A DNA stretch of 64,000 bases from an uncultured Solirubrobacterales bacterium (GCA_963764905.1 CAVXUG010000006.1:191589-255588), one strand, 5' to 3'; positions 1-10,509 are shown, numbered from the stretch's first letter. A program made the numbers and translations. Notes: a model not told the origin generated them from the sequence alone.

Positions 1-2103
1 GCGATCCTCGCCGGCGCGGCGCGCGTGCAGCTCGGCCAGCTCCAGCTGCAGGTTGCGCGGCTGCGGGTGGGCGGGATCCGAATCCACCGAGCGCCGGTGC
101 CAGACGCCCTCGCCGTCGAGCTCCCACGAGTTCTGATTGTCTGCAAACGCCCGTTCCAGCGTGTCGAGCAGCTCGGTGCGCAGTTCCGCCGACTCGACCG
201 GCGCCGCGAGCTCGACGCGATGGTCGAGGTTGCGCGGCATCAGGTCGGCGGAGGCGATGTAGACCGTGTGCTCGCCGTCGCGCTCGAACGTGTACACGCG
301 CGAGTGCTCGAGCAGCCGCCCGACGATCGAGACGACCCGGATGTTCTCGGAGATCCCATCGAGACCCGGACGCAGGCAGCAGATGCCGCGCACGTTCAGG
401 TCGACTCGCACGCCCGCCTGCGAGGCCTCATACAGCGCGCGGATGCAGCGTCCGTCGACGAGCGCGTTCATCTTCATCGCGATCCGCCCCGGCGACTGCG
501 GCGAGTGAGCGGCGATCGTCCGCTCGATCTGCTCGATGATGCCGTCGCGCAGCTGGTTGGGGGCGGTCAGCACCTTGCGGTAGTGCAGCGGGCGGCCGAA
601 GCCGGTGAGGTAGTTGAACATGTCGGCCACGTCGGAGCCGATCTGCTCGTCGGTCGTGAACAGTCCGAAGTCGGTGTACAGCCGCGCGGTCGCCGAGTGG
701 TAGTTACCGGTGCCGATGTGCACGTAGTTGCGCACGCCGTCGCCCTCGCGGCGGACCACGAGCACGCACTTGGCGTGCGTCTTCAGCGAAGGCTGCCCAT
801 ACACGACGTGCACGCCGGCCTCCTCCAGCGCCTTCGCCCAATGGATGTTCATGCGCTCGTCAAAGCGCGCCTGCAGCTCGACCAGCGCGACCGCCTGCTT
901 GCCCCGCTCGGTGGCGTCGATCAGGGCAGGCACCAGGGGAGAGTCGTCGCTCGTGCGGTACACGGTCTGCTTGATCGCGAGCACGTTCGGGTCGGCGACC
1001 GCCTGCTCGACGAAGCGCTCCACCGAGGTCGAGAACGAGTCGTAGGGGTGGTGCACGAGGATGTCGCCTTCGCGCATCGCCCCGAGCACGTCGGGCCGCT
1101 CGCCTTCGTGGCGCAGCAGCCGCGGGTGGGTGTGGCCGACGAGTGGCTCCTCGCGCAGCTCGCCGTAGCCGGGCAGCTTGACGATCTGCCACAGCGCGCC
1201 CATGTCGAGCAGCCCCGCGACCGGGTAGACCTCGTCGTCCTGCACTCCCAGCAGACTCGCCAGCTCGTCGCGCAGCCGCTCCGAGCAGCCGGCGCCGACC
1301 TCGACGCGCACGACCTCGCCGAAGCGGCGGCGGCGCAGCTCGTCCTCGACCGCCTGCAGCAAGTCGGCGGCGTCGTCGGAGACCTCGAGGTCGGCGTCGC
1401 GGGTGACCCGGAACACGTCGTAGTCGACGATCTCCATGCCCGGGAACAGCGCGTCGAGGTGGTTCGCGATCACGTCCTCCAGCGCCAGCAGCACGACCGG
1501 AGAAGGACTCGACCCCGCCCACCCCTTGAGCGTCACGAACCGCGGGAGGATCTCGGTCGGCACCTTCACACGCGCGAACACCGTCTGCTCGCTGACCGGG
1601 TCGCGCACGAGCACGGCCAGGCTGAGCGACAGGTTCGAGATGTACGGAAACGGCCGGCCCGGAGCCACCGCCAGCGGGGTCAGCGCCGGGAAGATCACCT
1701 TCTGGAAGTGCCTGGCCAGCTCCGCGCGCTGGTCGTCGTCGAGCTCGTTGACCGCAACCACGCGGATCTCATGGTCGGCCAGCGCTCCGCGCAGCCGTCC
1801 TTCGAAGCAGTCGGTCAGCCGCCGGCTCAGCTCCAGCACGCGCTCGCGGATCAGCGCGATCGTCTGTGAGGGGATGCGGCCGTCGGGGCCGGGGTTCTCC
1901 ACGCCCGCGTCGATCTGGTCGCGCAGCCCGGCGACGCGCACCATGTAGTACTCGTCGAGGTTCGTCGTGTAGATCGCGCAGAACTTCACGCGCTCCAGCA
2001 GCGGGATCCGCTCGTCCTCGGCCAGCTGCAGCACGCGCTCGTTGAAGTCCAGCCACGACAGCTCGCGGTTGAGGTAGAGCGAGGAATCGTGCAGGTCGGT
2101 CAT
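1..2103 (-). CDS. ppk1: Polyphosphate kinase 1 (3' end outside window)
   Basis: Reverse strand from ATG 2103 reads MTDLHDSSLYLNRELSWLDFNERVL...FCAIYTTNLDEYYMVRVAG, later DILVHHPYDSF, ELQARFDERMNI, HIGTGNYH and GRLLEHSRVY. It is absent from the ORF track because no stop lies in the window. Confidence 0.95.
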   Translation of the reverse strand, partial: MTDLHDSSLYLNRELSWLDFNERVLQLAEDERIPLLERVKFCAIYTTNLDEYYMVRVAGLRDQIDAGVENPGPDGRIPSQTIALIRERVLELSRRLTDCFEGRLRGALADHEIRVVAVNELDDDQRAELARHFQKVIFPALTPLAVAPGRPFPYISNLSLSLAVLVRDPVSEQTVFARVKVPTEILPRFVTLKGWAGSSPSPVVLLALEDVIANHLDALFPGMEIVDYDVFRVTRDADLEVSDDAADLLQAVEDELRRRRFGEVVRVEVGAGCSERLRDELASLLGVQDDEVYPVAGLLDMGALWQIVKLPGYGELREEPLVGHTHPRLLRHEGERPDVLGAMREGDILVHHPYDSFSTSVERFVEQAVADPNVLAIKQTVYRTSDDSPLVPALIDATERGKQAVALVELQARFDERMNIHWAKALEEAGVHVVYGQPSLKTHAKCVLVVRREGDGVRNYVHIGTGNYHSATARLYTDFGLFTTDEQIGSDVADMFNYLTGFGRPLHYRKVLTAPNQLRDGIIEQIERTIAAHSPQSPGRIAMKMNALVDGRCIRALYEASQAGVRVDLNVRGICCLRPGLDGISENIRVVSIVGRLLEHSRVYTFERDGEHTVYIASADLMPRNLDHRVELAAPVESAELRTELLDTLERAFADNQNSWELDGEGVWHRRSVDSDPAHPQPRNLQLELAELHARRAGEDR

Positions 2104-2107
2104 TGGA

Positions 2108-2146
2108 TCTTCACGCTACACGTTGACTGCCCAGGTAGTGTGAAGA
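2108..2146. promoter_or_regulatory. Inverted repeat with CTTCAC half-sites between divergent ppk1 and sixA
   Basis: TCTTCACGCTAC (2108-2119), 15-bp spacer, GTAGTGTGAAGA (2135-2146); 11/12 match. Confidence 0.45.
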
Positions 2147-2155
2147 CTCAAGGCA

Positions 2156-2758
2156 ATGGCTCGTCAGCTCTGGCTACTACGTCACGCCGAGGCGGAGCCC
2201 CACGGCACTCGCTCCGACTCCGAGCGCCGTCTGACCGCCCGTGGCGAAGACCAGGCGCATACGGCCGGGCTTGCGCTGGCGCGTCTACAGGTGAGCTTCG
2301 AGGCCGTCCTGTTCAGCCCCAAGGCGCGCGCACGACAGACTGCTGAGCTGGCCGCCGAGCACTGGAACGAGGCGCAGCGCGCGCGGCTGTCGGTCCACCC
2401 GCCGCTGGCGGCTGGCTTTGAGGCTGATCGGGCCCTTGCCGAGCTCGCCGGCATGGGGGCCGATGGACGTCTGCTGCTCGTCGGCCACGAGCCCGATTTA
2501 TCAAGCGTGGTCGGGGACCTGACGGGCGCTCGTCCGGATCTCAAGAAGGGCGGGCTGGCGGTCGTCAGGCTAGAGGGTGGCGCAGTCAACCGTAGGTTGA
2601 CGAGCCGGGCCCCTCTTTCTCGATCAGAGGGCGGGGCACCGCGCCTAGGACACGACGGCGTGGTCGGCGAGCTCGCGGTCCTGCTGCGTCCCCGCGAGCT
2701 CGCCCTGATCGCCGGCGGGGTGGGCGGGGTGGGCGGGGTCCCAATCGACGGGGACTGA
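2156..2758 (+). CDS. sixA: SixA-like phosphohistidine phosphatase (histidine phosphatase superfamily)
   Basis: LWLLRHAEA, SPKARARQTA and LLVGHEPDL motifs. Confidence 0.85.
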   Translation: MARQLWLLRHAEAEPHGTRSDSERRLTARGEDQAHTAGLALARLQVSFEAVLFSPKARARQTAELAAEHWNEAQRARLSVHPPLAAGFEADRALAELAGMGADGRLLLVGHEPDLSSVVGDLTGARPDLKKGGLAVVRLEGGAVNRRLTSRAPLSRSEGGAPRLGHDGVVGELAVLLRPRELALIAGGVGGVGGVPIDGD

Positions 2759-3539
2759 GGACGGAACATCATCGAGACCGACCACCTCGAGCGACTCGGC
2801 GGCGAAGCGGTAGCCGATGCCGAAGTGGGTGTGGATGTAGCGCCACCGCGGCGAGGCCTTCTCCAGCTTCTGGCGCAGCTTGCGCACGAACACGTCGACC
2901 GAGCGGTCGCCGCGCACCATCGCGTAGCCCCACAGGCGCGAGTAGATCTCCTCGCGCTCGAGCACCCGGCCCTCGGCGGCGGCGAGCAGCTCGATCAGCT
3001 CGAACTCGCGCCGGGTCAGATCGAGGCTGTGTCCCGCGACGAACGCCTGGAAGCGGTCGGAGCGGATCTCGACTTCGCCCGCCGTCAGCGGCTTTGACTC
3101 CGTGCGGCCGGTGGCGCGCCGGCGGCGGCGGACGACGCCCTGCACGCGTGCGATCACCTCCTCGGGGTGGCATGGCTTGGTGATCCAGTCGTCGGCCCCG
3201 AGGCGCAGCCCGCGCACGCGCTGGGCCACGGTCGAAGGGCCGGTGCAGACGACGACGCCGAGTTCGGGCAGCGCTCCGCACAGCCGCTCCAGCCACTCCC
3301 ACGCCTGCGGGCCGAGCACCGCGAGGTCGACGACGAGCGCGCTCAGGCGCATCGAGGCCACCGCGTCGGTCGGCACCGGGCTCGCCGAGCACGCGATGCT
3401 CCCAGCCGAGGCGATCCAGGCGCTTGCTCAGCACCTGGATGAAGCCGCTGTCGCGGTCGAGCACGGCGATGCGCAGTGCAGGCGCGCCCGATGTGCCTCG
3501 ACGCGCCGCCTCCTCCGTGGCGCGGATGCTCTCCGTCAT
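2645..3539 (-). CDS. OmpR/PhoB-family response regulator (RegX3/PhoP-like), one apparent frameshift near 3380
   Basis: Receiver N-terminus (MTESI...IAVLDRD) is in ORF 2769..4079. The rest (LVVDL, GADDWITKP, LTRREFEL, RSVDVFVRKLRQKL, IHTHFGIGYRF) is in ORF 2645..3376. Confidence 0.85.
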
Positions 3540-3586
3540 CGGCGGCAGTTTAGGCGACCTGGCGGACCATGTGCGATGTCGCGCAA

Positions 3587-3607
3587 GGTCACAGGATCGT
3601 TCACAGG
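3587..3607 (+). promoter_or_regulatory. Imperfect PHO-box-like direct repeat upstream of the response regulator
   Basis: GGTCACAGG (3587) and GTTCACAGG (3599), 12 bp apart rather than 11. Confidence 0.3.
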
Positions 3608-3649
3608 AGAAATGCGCTGTTTGCGGACGGATCGGACCGTGGCAATCCG

Positions 3650-4371
3650 AGCGTCTCGCGGGATCCGCGTCCGGCGCCGCGTCCGGCCGCGTGCCGGCGG
3701 GGTGGGAGGAGTCCGAGAACTCGCGGAACAGGCCCGTGACGACGAACGCCACCTGCTCGCCGATGTCGACCGCGTTGTCGCCGATCCGCTCCAGCGCGCG
3801 GGCGACGAGGATCATGTGCATCGCCCACTCGCGCGTGTCGGCGTCGTCGCCGATCTCGAGCGCCATGCGGAAGATCTCGCGGTTCAGGCGGTTGATCTCG
3901 CGGTCCTGACGCACGAGGTCTTCGGCCAGGCCGACGTCGCGGCCGGCGAACGCGGCCTTCGCACTGGACGACCTCCGAGCGCGCGCACGCGCCCATCTTC
4001 GACAGCGCTCTGCAGCACCTCCTGGCGCACGGGCGGTTCGTGCCCGGAGAGCGGGATCAGCTTGGCGATGTTCACGCACTGGTCGCCCATCCGCTCGATG
4101 TGCTTGATCATGTGCAGCAGCGCCGCGACCAGCCGCAGGTCGCCCGCGACGGGCGCCTGCAGCGCGAGCAGCGAGAGGATGCCCTGGTGGACCTCCAGGT
4201 AGCGCCCGTCGACGCGGTCGTCGTCGGCGATCACCATCTGCGGCGAGCTCGACGTCCTGGTGGCTGAGCGCCTCGAGCGTGCGGTCGAGCTGCTCGACGA
4301 TGAGGTCCAGGCCGCCGAGCGCGCTGTCCTCGAGCTCCTGCAGCTGTTGCTGGAAGTGCGCGCGTCCGGAT
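3650..4371 (-). CDS. phoU: Phosphate signalling protein PhoU (frameshifted; ends approximate)
   Basis: [57 protein letters not shown]; directly downstream of pstB. Confidence 0.88.
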
Positions 4372-4457
4372 GCCCCGCCGCCCCGCCGGGATGAGTGCCC
4401 GCCGCCTGCCGCCGCCCGCCGTCGTTGGGTCCGCCCGGCGTCCCCCCGCCGGCGTCG

Positions 4458-5355
4458 CTAGCCGAACTTGCCGGTGACATATTCCTCGGTTCGGGGGTCG
4501 CGTGGGGGTCGTGAAGATCTCCTGCGTCGGGCCGACCTCGACGAGTTCGCCGTCGAGCATGAACGCGGTGCGGTCGGCGACGCGCGCGGCCTGCTGCATG
4601 TTGTGCGTGACGATCACGATCGTGACACGCGTCTTGAGCTCGTCGATCAGCTCCTCGATCTTCAGCGTCGCGATCGGGTCGAGCGCCGAGCAGGGCTCGT
4701 CCATCAGGATCACCTCGGGGTCGACGGCGAGCGAGCGCGCGATGCACAGCCGCTGCTGCTGGCCGCCGGAGAGCCCGATCCCAGGCTCTGAGAGGCGGTC
4801 GGAGACCTCGTCCCAGAGCCCGGCGCCACGCAGCGCGCGCCTCGACCTTCTGGTGCAGGTCCTCACCGCGGCGGCGGGCGCCCGTCAGGCGCAGGCCCGC
4901 GGCGACGTTGTCGAAGATCGACATCGTCGGGAACGGGTTGGGCTTCTGGAAGACCATGCCGATCGCGCGGCGCACCGCGACGACGTCGACCGATCGGGGC
5001 GTAGACGTCGACGTCGTCGAGCAGCACCCGGCCCTCGGCGCGCGCGCCGGGGATCTCCTCGTGCATGCGGTTGATGCAGCGGACCATCGTCGACTTGCCG
5101 CATCCGGAGGGCCCGATGATCGCGGTGACCTGGTTGGCCTCGAAGGTCAGGTCGATGCCCTTGACGCTGTTCGGCCTGGCCGTAGAACGCGCGCAGCCCC
5201 TGCGAGGCGCACCTCTCTTGCGGGTGAGCCGGTCGTGGCCGTGGACGAGCCGGCTCGTGGAGGCGCCTGGTGTGGCCATGACGTTGGTCGCGAACGGGGG
5301 GTCGGTACTCGGGAGCTCGGACGGAACGGGAGCGTTGCGGTTGCGGCTCGGTCAT
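4458..5355 (-). CDS. pstB: Phosphate ABC transporter ATPase, copy 1 (frameshifted)
   Basis: [54 protein letters not shown]-terminus EYVTGKFG*. Confidence 0.93.
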
Positions 5356-5465
5356 GCTCGTTGCAGTGCTCAGTATGCCTGTCGGTGCTCATGCGCATCG
5401 TTGGCGTCCTTGGTGGAAGGGTTGCAGGTCCGTGGTGGCAGCGCTGGAGGTTCGTGCTCGGGTGC

Positions 5466-6375
5466 TCATCGCGCGCGGCCGCCCCGTGCTCGGGCGCGGC
5501 CGTAGAGGCCGCGCGCGAGGACGTTCAGGAGCAGCACGAAGAAGATCAGCAGCAGCGCGGCGGCCCACGCCTGCGGCGTGTTCGGCCGGGCTCGGTGACT
5601 CGGAGAGTTCGAAGATCTCGCACGGGGATCGAGGACAGCGCCTCGCTGGGGTTGGTGGAGATCAGGGTCGAGGCGATCGAGGAGGTGAACAGCAGCGGCG
5701 CGGTCTCGCCCGCGACGCGCGCGACGGCGAGCAGCGCGCCCGGTGATCAGCCCGCTCGCGGCGGTCGGCACGACGATCGTCAGCACCGTGCGCCAGCGCG
5801 CGACGCCGAGCGCGAGGCCGCCTCCTTCAGCGACGCGGGCACGAGCGCCAGCACTTCGTGCGCGGAGCGCGCGACGATCGGCAGCATGATGATCGCCAGC
5901 GCGAACGCGCCGGCGTAGCCGCTCTGCACGTGGCCGACGACGAGCAGGCCGAAGACGAAGATGCCCGTCACGATCGTCGGCACGCCGTTGAGGATGTCCA
6001 GCGCGAAGCGGATCGCCGACGGCGATCGAGGGCCGCGCGAACTCGGAGGTGTGGATGCCGACCAGGATGCCGATCGGCACCGCGACCACGCTCGCCATGC
6101 GCGACCAGCAGCGCGGTGCCGACGATCGCGTTGGCGATGCCGCCGCCGCTCTGTCCGAAGGGGACGGGTCGCTGTGGATGAAGAAGTCGAGGTTGATCGC
6201 GCTGACGCCCTTGATCAGCACGGAGACGATCACGATCGCGAGCACCGCCACGGCGATCAGCGCGGCGAGCGTCGCGAGCGCCTCCATGCCGCGGTTGATC
6301 GAGCTTGCGCCGGCGCAGGCCGGGGCTGCTCGCGAGCAGCGGGTGCGGCGCGCCCGGAGCGGCGCCGACGCTCAT
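5466..6375 (-). CDS. pstA: Phosphate ABC permease PstA, copy 1 (frameshifted)
   Basis: GGIANAIVGT, GVPTIVTGIFVF, LPIVARSAHEVL, ARVAGETAPLLFT, AWAAALLLIFFVL. Confidence 0.9.
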
Positions 6376-7402
6376 ACGCCCGCCTCGCGATGCTGCCGCG
6401 GCGCCCGGCGGGACGTCCGCGGGTGTCGGCGCAGGCGAGTCGTGCTGCGCCTGACGATCAGCCGCGCGATCGTGTTGGCGATCAGCGCGAGCACCAGCAG
6501 GATCGCCGCCAGGTAGGCGAGCGAGGAGATCTGCAGGGTCGTGGTCGCGCTCTGATACGTCGGAGGCGATGCGACTCGCGAGCGTGTCGGCGGGCGCGAA
6601 CAGGGAGGCCTGGATGCTGCCGGTGGCGTCGCCGATCACCTGCGTGACCGCGATCGCCTCGCCGAGCGCCCGGCCGAGCCCGAGGATCATGGCCCCGACG
6701 ATCCCGGAGCGGGAGTAGGGCAGGATCACCATCCGCACCATCTCCCAGCGCGTCGCGCCGAGCGCGAGCGCGCCCTCCTTGAGCTCCGTCGGCACGGTCT
6801 GGAAGACCTCGCGCGTGACGGCCGAGACGATCGGCACGGTCATGATCGTGAGGATCAGGATCGCCGGGAGCAGCCCGAACGGCGATGGCGAGCCGCCGAA
6901 CAGCGGGATCCAGCCGAGCACCGAGTGCAGCGCCGGCTCGAGCGTGTTCTCGAGCGAAGGGCGCGAGCACGATGATCCCCCACAGGCCGAGGACGACGCT
7001 CGGGATCGCGGCGAGCAGTTCGACGAGCGTCGCGACCGGGCGGCGGATCCGCCGCGGCGCGAGCTCGGTCAGGAAGAGCGCGATCGCGATCGACATCGGG
7101 CCCGCGATCAGCAGCGCGATCGCCGAGCTGACGGCCGTGCCGAAGATGAAGGCTGCGGCGCCGAACCTGCCCGTGACGGGATTCCATTCGCTCGACATGA
7201 GGAAGCCGAGCCCGAAGTGCGAGATCGCTTCGCTGGCCTGGTCGAAGACCTTGTAGATCAGCAGCGCGATCAGCGCCATCGCGGCGATCGACGCGAGCCA
7301 GGTGAGCACGCGCAGGAGCGGGTCGCCGAGTCGATCGCCGCGCTGCGCTGGGCGCTCGACAGCGAGAGCGCTCCGGCACGGGGAGTAGGTCGGCGTGGCC
7401 AC
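6372..7402 (-). CDS. pstC: Phosphate ABC permease PstC, copy 1 (frameshifted)
   Basis: WNPVTGRFG, ELLAAIPSVVLGLWG, EGALALGATRWE, GRALGEAIAV, TLASRIA. Confidence 0.9.
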
Positions 7403-7552
7403 GTCAGGTCTGTGGAGTCGTTGCCGGCAAGGCAGGTCAGAGAGGGAAGGTGGGTGGTGTGGCGCTGGTCTGGGTGGGTGCTCGCGGTGCCAGCCACCTC
7501 CCCCGCGGAGCGCGAACGGGCCTCCGCGGCGGGAGCATGGCAGACGGGCCGG

Positions 7553-8610
7553 CTAGCCTGCGATCTTTTCGATCGTCGCCTCGTCGGCCGCTGACGACCT
7601 CCGCCGGCAGCGGCGCGAAGTCGAGCTTCGGCCCGAACTTCTGGCCTGTCGGTGATCGCCCACTTCAGGAACGGCTTCAGCGTGCTCGCCTTCGGGCTCT
7701 TCGCGGCACGAGCGCGTAGGTGAAGGTCGAGATCGGGTACGCACCCGTCGCCGAGGCCGGCGGGTCGACGATCGAGACTTCGTTGTTCGCGGGCATCGAC
7801 GTCAGCGTCTTGGCGGCCGCCGAGATGCTCGCGATGCCCGGCACCGGGTAATTCGCCGGCGGCGTTCTGGATCAGCGCGAAGTCGAATTTGTTCGCGAGC
7901 ACGTAGGCGATCGCGATGTAGCCGATCGACCCGTTGGTCGAGGAGATCGCGCCGCCGACGCCCGAGTTGCCCTTGCCGCCGATGCCCGCCCGGGAACGCG
8001 ACTTCGCGTCCCCTTGCCGATCTTCGACTTCCATTCGGGGCTGATCTGCGAGAGGTAGTTGGTGAAGCGCGTACGTGTCGCCGCTGCCGTCCGAGCGGTG
8101 GACGGGCGTGATCTTCGTCGAGGGCAGCTTGACGCCCGGGTTCAGCGCCGCGATCGTCGGAGCGTTCCAGGTCGTGATCTTGCCCTCGTAGATTTCGGCC
8201 AGCAGCGGGCCGGTCAGCTTGAGCTCGTTGGGACGCCCCTTCGACGTGGTAGGCGATCGACCGTCGCCGCCAGCGCCCAGGGGATCTGGACGACGCCCTT
8301 GGCTTCTTTGAACTGGTCTTCGCTGAGCGGGGCGTCGCTGGCGCCGAAGTCGACCGTGCGGGCGGTGATCTGCGCGATCCCGCCGCCGCTGCCGATCGCG
8401 CCGTAGGTGACGGCGACCTTCGCCTATTTGTCGTATTCGGGCTGCCACTCGCGAGATCAGCGGCGCGACAAGCGTGCTGCCGGCGCCGACGAGCGTAGTC
8501 GATGAGCCGGTGGCCCCCCCGGAGCTCGAGCTGCTCGAGCCACAGGCGGCCACTACGAGAGCGAGCGCCGCTGCGCTGAGAATCGCCCATACCTTGTTTG
8601 TTTTGATCAC
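7553..8610 (-). CDS. pstS: Phosphate-binding lipoprotein PstS, copy 1 (frameshifted)
   Basis: AGGAG RBS before GTG 8610; lipobox LVVAAC; GAGSTLV, FGASDAPL, HRSDGSGDT, GKGNSGV, YPISTFTY. Confidence 0.9.
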
Positions 8611-8706
8611 TACGTCTCCTCTGGCTGGATTGCTTGATGACGGCTTTTGGGCTTTCGGCCCGCTGCCGGTCCGGTGTGCAAGGCCAAGTCTTGATCCGCG
8701 CCCGCC

Positions 8707-8728
8707 CCGATGTGAACATCTCGTGAAA
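8707..8728 (-). promoter_or_regulatory. PHO-box-like tandem 11-bp repeat upstream of pstS
   Basis: Minus strand TTTCACGAGAT-GTTCACATCGG, exact 11-bp period, ~100 bp upstream of pstS. Resembles the Streptomyces PhoP GTTCA direct-repeat unit. Confidence 0.65.
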
Positions 8729-8729
8729 G

Positions 8730-9168
8730 CGCCGGCGCGGCGTCCGGCGCGTTGGCAGCCGGTTGTGTGGCGGTCGTGCCGGGGGCCGGGGGCGGGCGTT
8801 GGGTGGGTGGGCGTTGGGTTGGTGGGCACCCCATCTTTCGCGGGCTGTGGCTGGAAGCGATAGCCGAAGCCCGGGTGGGTGTGGATGAAGCGGCGGTCGG
8901 GCATCGCCGTCTCCAGCTTGCCGCGCAGCTTGCTCACGTAAACGTCGACCGAGCGGTCGCCGTCGCGCAGCTCGCCGCCCCACACCGCGCCGTACAGCTC
9001 GTCGCGCGTGACGACGGCTCCCGCCCGCCGGGCCATCGCCGCCAGCAGCTCGAACTCCCGCACCGACAGCGTCAGCGCGCGTCCGGTCGCCAGCACCAGG
9101 CCCTCGCCGAGCCTGATCTCCAGTTCGCCCGCGTACAGGGTGCTCGCGTTTTCAATCGAGGCCTCCAC
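8730..9168 (-). CDS. Stand-alone OmpR-type winged-helix (Trans_reg_C) protein without receiver domain; 3' end uncertain
   Basis: LSVREFELL, VTRDELYGAVWG, RSVDVYVSKLRGKL, IHTHPGFGYRF. No receiver domain fits upstream; no in-frame stop is seen before pstS. Confidence 0.75.
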
Positions 9169-9210
9169 CGTGCATAGCGTCGCCGCCGATCACCCCCGCG
9201 CGCGTTGCCA

Positions 9211-9243
9211 ACTCGTGATCTACTCGTGAAGAAGTCGTGAAGC
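9211..9243 (-). promoter_or_regulatory. Triple PHO-box-like repeat
   Basis: TCGTGA at 9213, 9224 and 9235 (11-bp period); minus strand CTTCACGACTT/CTTCACGAGTA/GATCACGAGTT, between the divergent wHTH and DUF47 genes. Confidence 0.65.
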
Positions 9244-9281
9244 GGATCTCGCCCGCCGGCCGATCTAAATACTCTTCGCAG

Positions 9282-9911
9282 ATGAGCTTGCTCCGCCGCC
9301 CCTTCGACACGACCTTGACGAAGCTCGTCGAGGAGGCGGGGCGCAACGTGCAGCGCTCCGGCCAGTTGCTGCGCCAGCTGCTCGCGGAGCTACCCGAGCA
9401 CGCGCCGCTCGCCGCGGAGCTCGCCGCGTGCGAGCGCGAGGGCGATCGCATAACCCACGACATCATCCACCGGATTGGCGGCGCCCGGCGCGTGCGCGCT
9501 CCGTTCGACGCCGGGGATGGATATGTGCTCGCAACCGCGCTCGACGACATCGTCGATCACACCGAGCAGGCCGGCGCGCAGCTCGGCCTGTACGGCGTCG
9601 AAGCGCCGATGGAGCAGGCGGTCGAGTTCGCCGACGTGCTCGTCGCGGCCGGCGAGCCGATCCTCGACGCCCTGCGCTGCTTGAACTCAGGCGAGGACCT
9701 CGCGCCGCATCTGGTCGAGATCCATCGCCTGGAGAACGAGGGCGACCGTCTGCTGCGCGACGGCGTCGCCTCGCTGTTCGCCCGGGGCACCGACCCGATG
9801 GTCGTGATCCGCTGGAAGGACATCTTCGAGTCGCTCGAGGCCGCCGTCGATGCTTGCGAGACCGTCGCGCATGTGCTCGAGGGGATCGTCCTGAAGCGCC
9901 GCCGGCGCTGA
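9282..9911 (+). CDS. DUF47 / PhoU-like phosphate transport regulator (Pit accessory type)
   Basis: EREGDRITHDI, PFDAGD, LDDIVD, HRLENEGD, WKDIFESLEAAVDACETVAHVLEGI. Confidence 0.85.
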   Translation: MSLLRRPFDTTLTKLVEEAGRNVQRSGQLLRQLLAELPEHAPLAAELAACEREGDRITHDIIHRIGGARRVRAPFDAGDGYVLATALDDIVDHTEQAGAQLGLYGVEAPMEQAVEFADVLVAAGEPILDALRCLNSGEDLAPHLVEIHRLENEGDRLLRDGVASLFARGTDPMVVIRWKDIFESLEAAVDACETVAHVLEGIVLKRRRR

Positions 9912-9939
9912 GGGGGCGCCCAATCGAGGCCCGTGCTAT

Positions 9940-9986
9940 CAACCTATAAGTTGTTGATCGATTGATTTTTAGCAACTTATAGGTTG
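9940..9986. promoter_or_regulatory. Perfect 14-bp inverted repeat, putative operator of the HTH/Fic pair
   Basis: CAACCTATAAGTTG (9940-9953) and CAACTTATAGGTTG (9973-9986) in an AT-rich promoter region. Confidence 0.6.
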
Positions 9987-10017
9987 CCAAGATTGGAGGA
10001 TATGCTAATCTATAGGT

Positions 10018-10509
10018 ATGCAAAAACCTTCAGAAAGATCCGCCCAAGCTCGACGTGAGCTGGATCGCAAGTTCGATGCCGCCCATCTTGCGCCTATCGA
10101 AGCACGCCCACGCGCTGGCTGGATACGTGCCGTCCGCAGCGCGCTGGGGATGAGCCAAGCCGTGCTGGCCGAGCGCCTCGGAATCTCGAGCGCCGCGGTC
10201 AACAAACTGGAGCGCGCCGAGCTCCACGGCGGGATTACAACTGGCAAGCTCGCCGAGGTGGCGGGCGCTCTCGATTGCACCCTCGTCTATGCCCTCGTGC
10301 CGAACTCCACACTCGAGCGGACCGTCAGAACCCAGGCTCGGACGGTAGCGGCGCGGCTCCTCGGGTATGCCACCCGGACTATGGCCCTCGAGGCGCAGGA
10401 CATCGATGAGGACCGCCAGAGCGAGGCTGTCGAGCGTTACACAGATCAGCTTGTGGCAAGCGGCGACCTCTGGGGTGCGGCGCGGAGCCGCTCGCCACGC
10501 GATCAGTGA
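10018..10509 (+). CDS. Mobile mystery protein A (XRE HTH)
   Basis: PRAGWIRAVRSALGMSQ..LAERLGIS, ALDCTLVYALVP, TMALEAQ; overlaps the Fic gene. Confidence 0.85.
   Translation: MQKPSERSAQARRELDRKFDAAHLAPIEARPRAGWIRAVRSALGMSQAVLAERLGISSAAVNKLERAELHGGITTGKLAEVAGALDCTLVYALVPNSTLERTVRTQARTVAARLLGYATRTMALEAQDIDEDRQSEAVERYTDQLVASGDLWGAARSRSPRDQ

Noticed and set aside
25..1869. 614-aa plus-strand ORF
   Set aside because: Antisense shadow of ppk1, typical of high-GC coding DNA.
2769..4079. Apparent PhoU-response regulator read-through
   Set aside because: The linker looks non-coding and contains a regulatory-like repeat. Given the indel rate, a missing stop is more likely.
7270..9168. Apparent winged-helix-PstS fusion ORF
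   Set aside because: pstS has its own RBS, GTG, lipoprotein signal and upstream PHO-like box. The linker is low-complexity, so a lost stop is more likely than a fusion.
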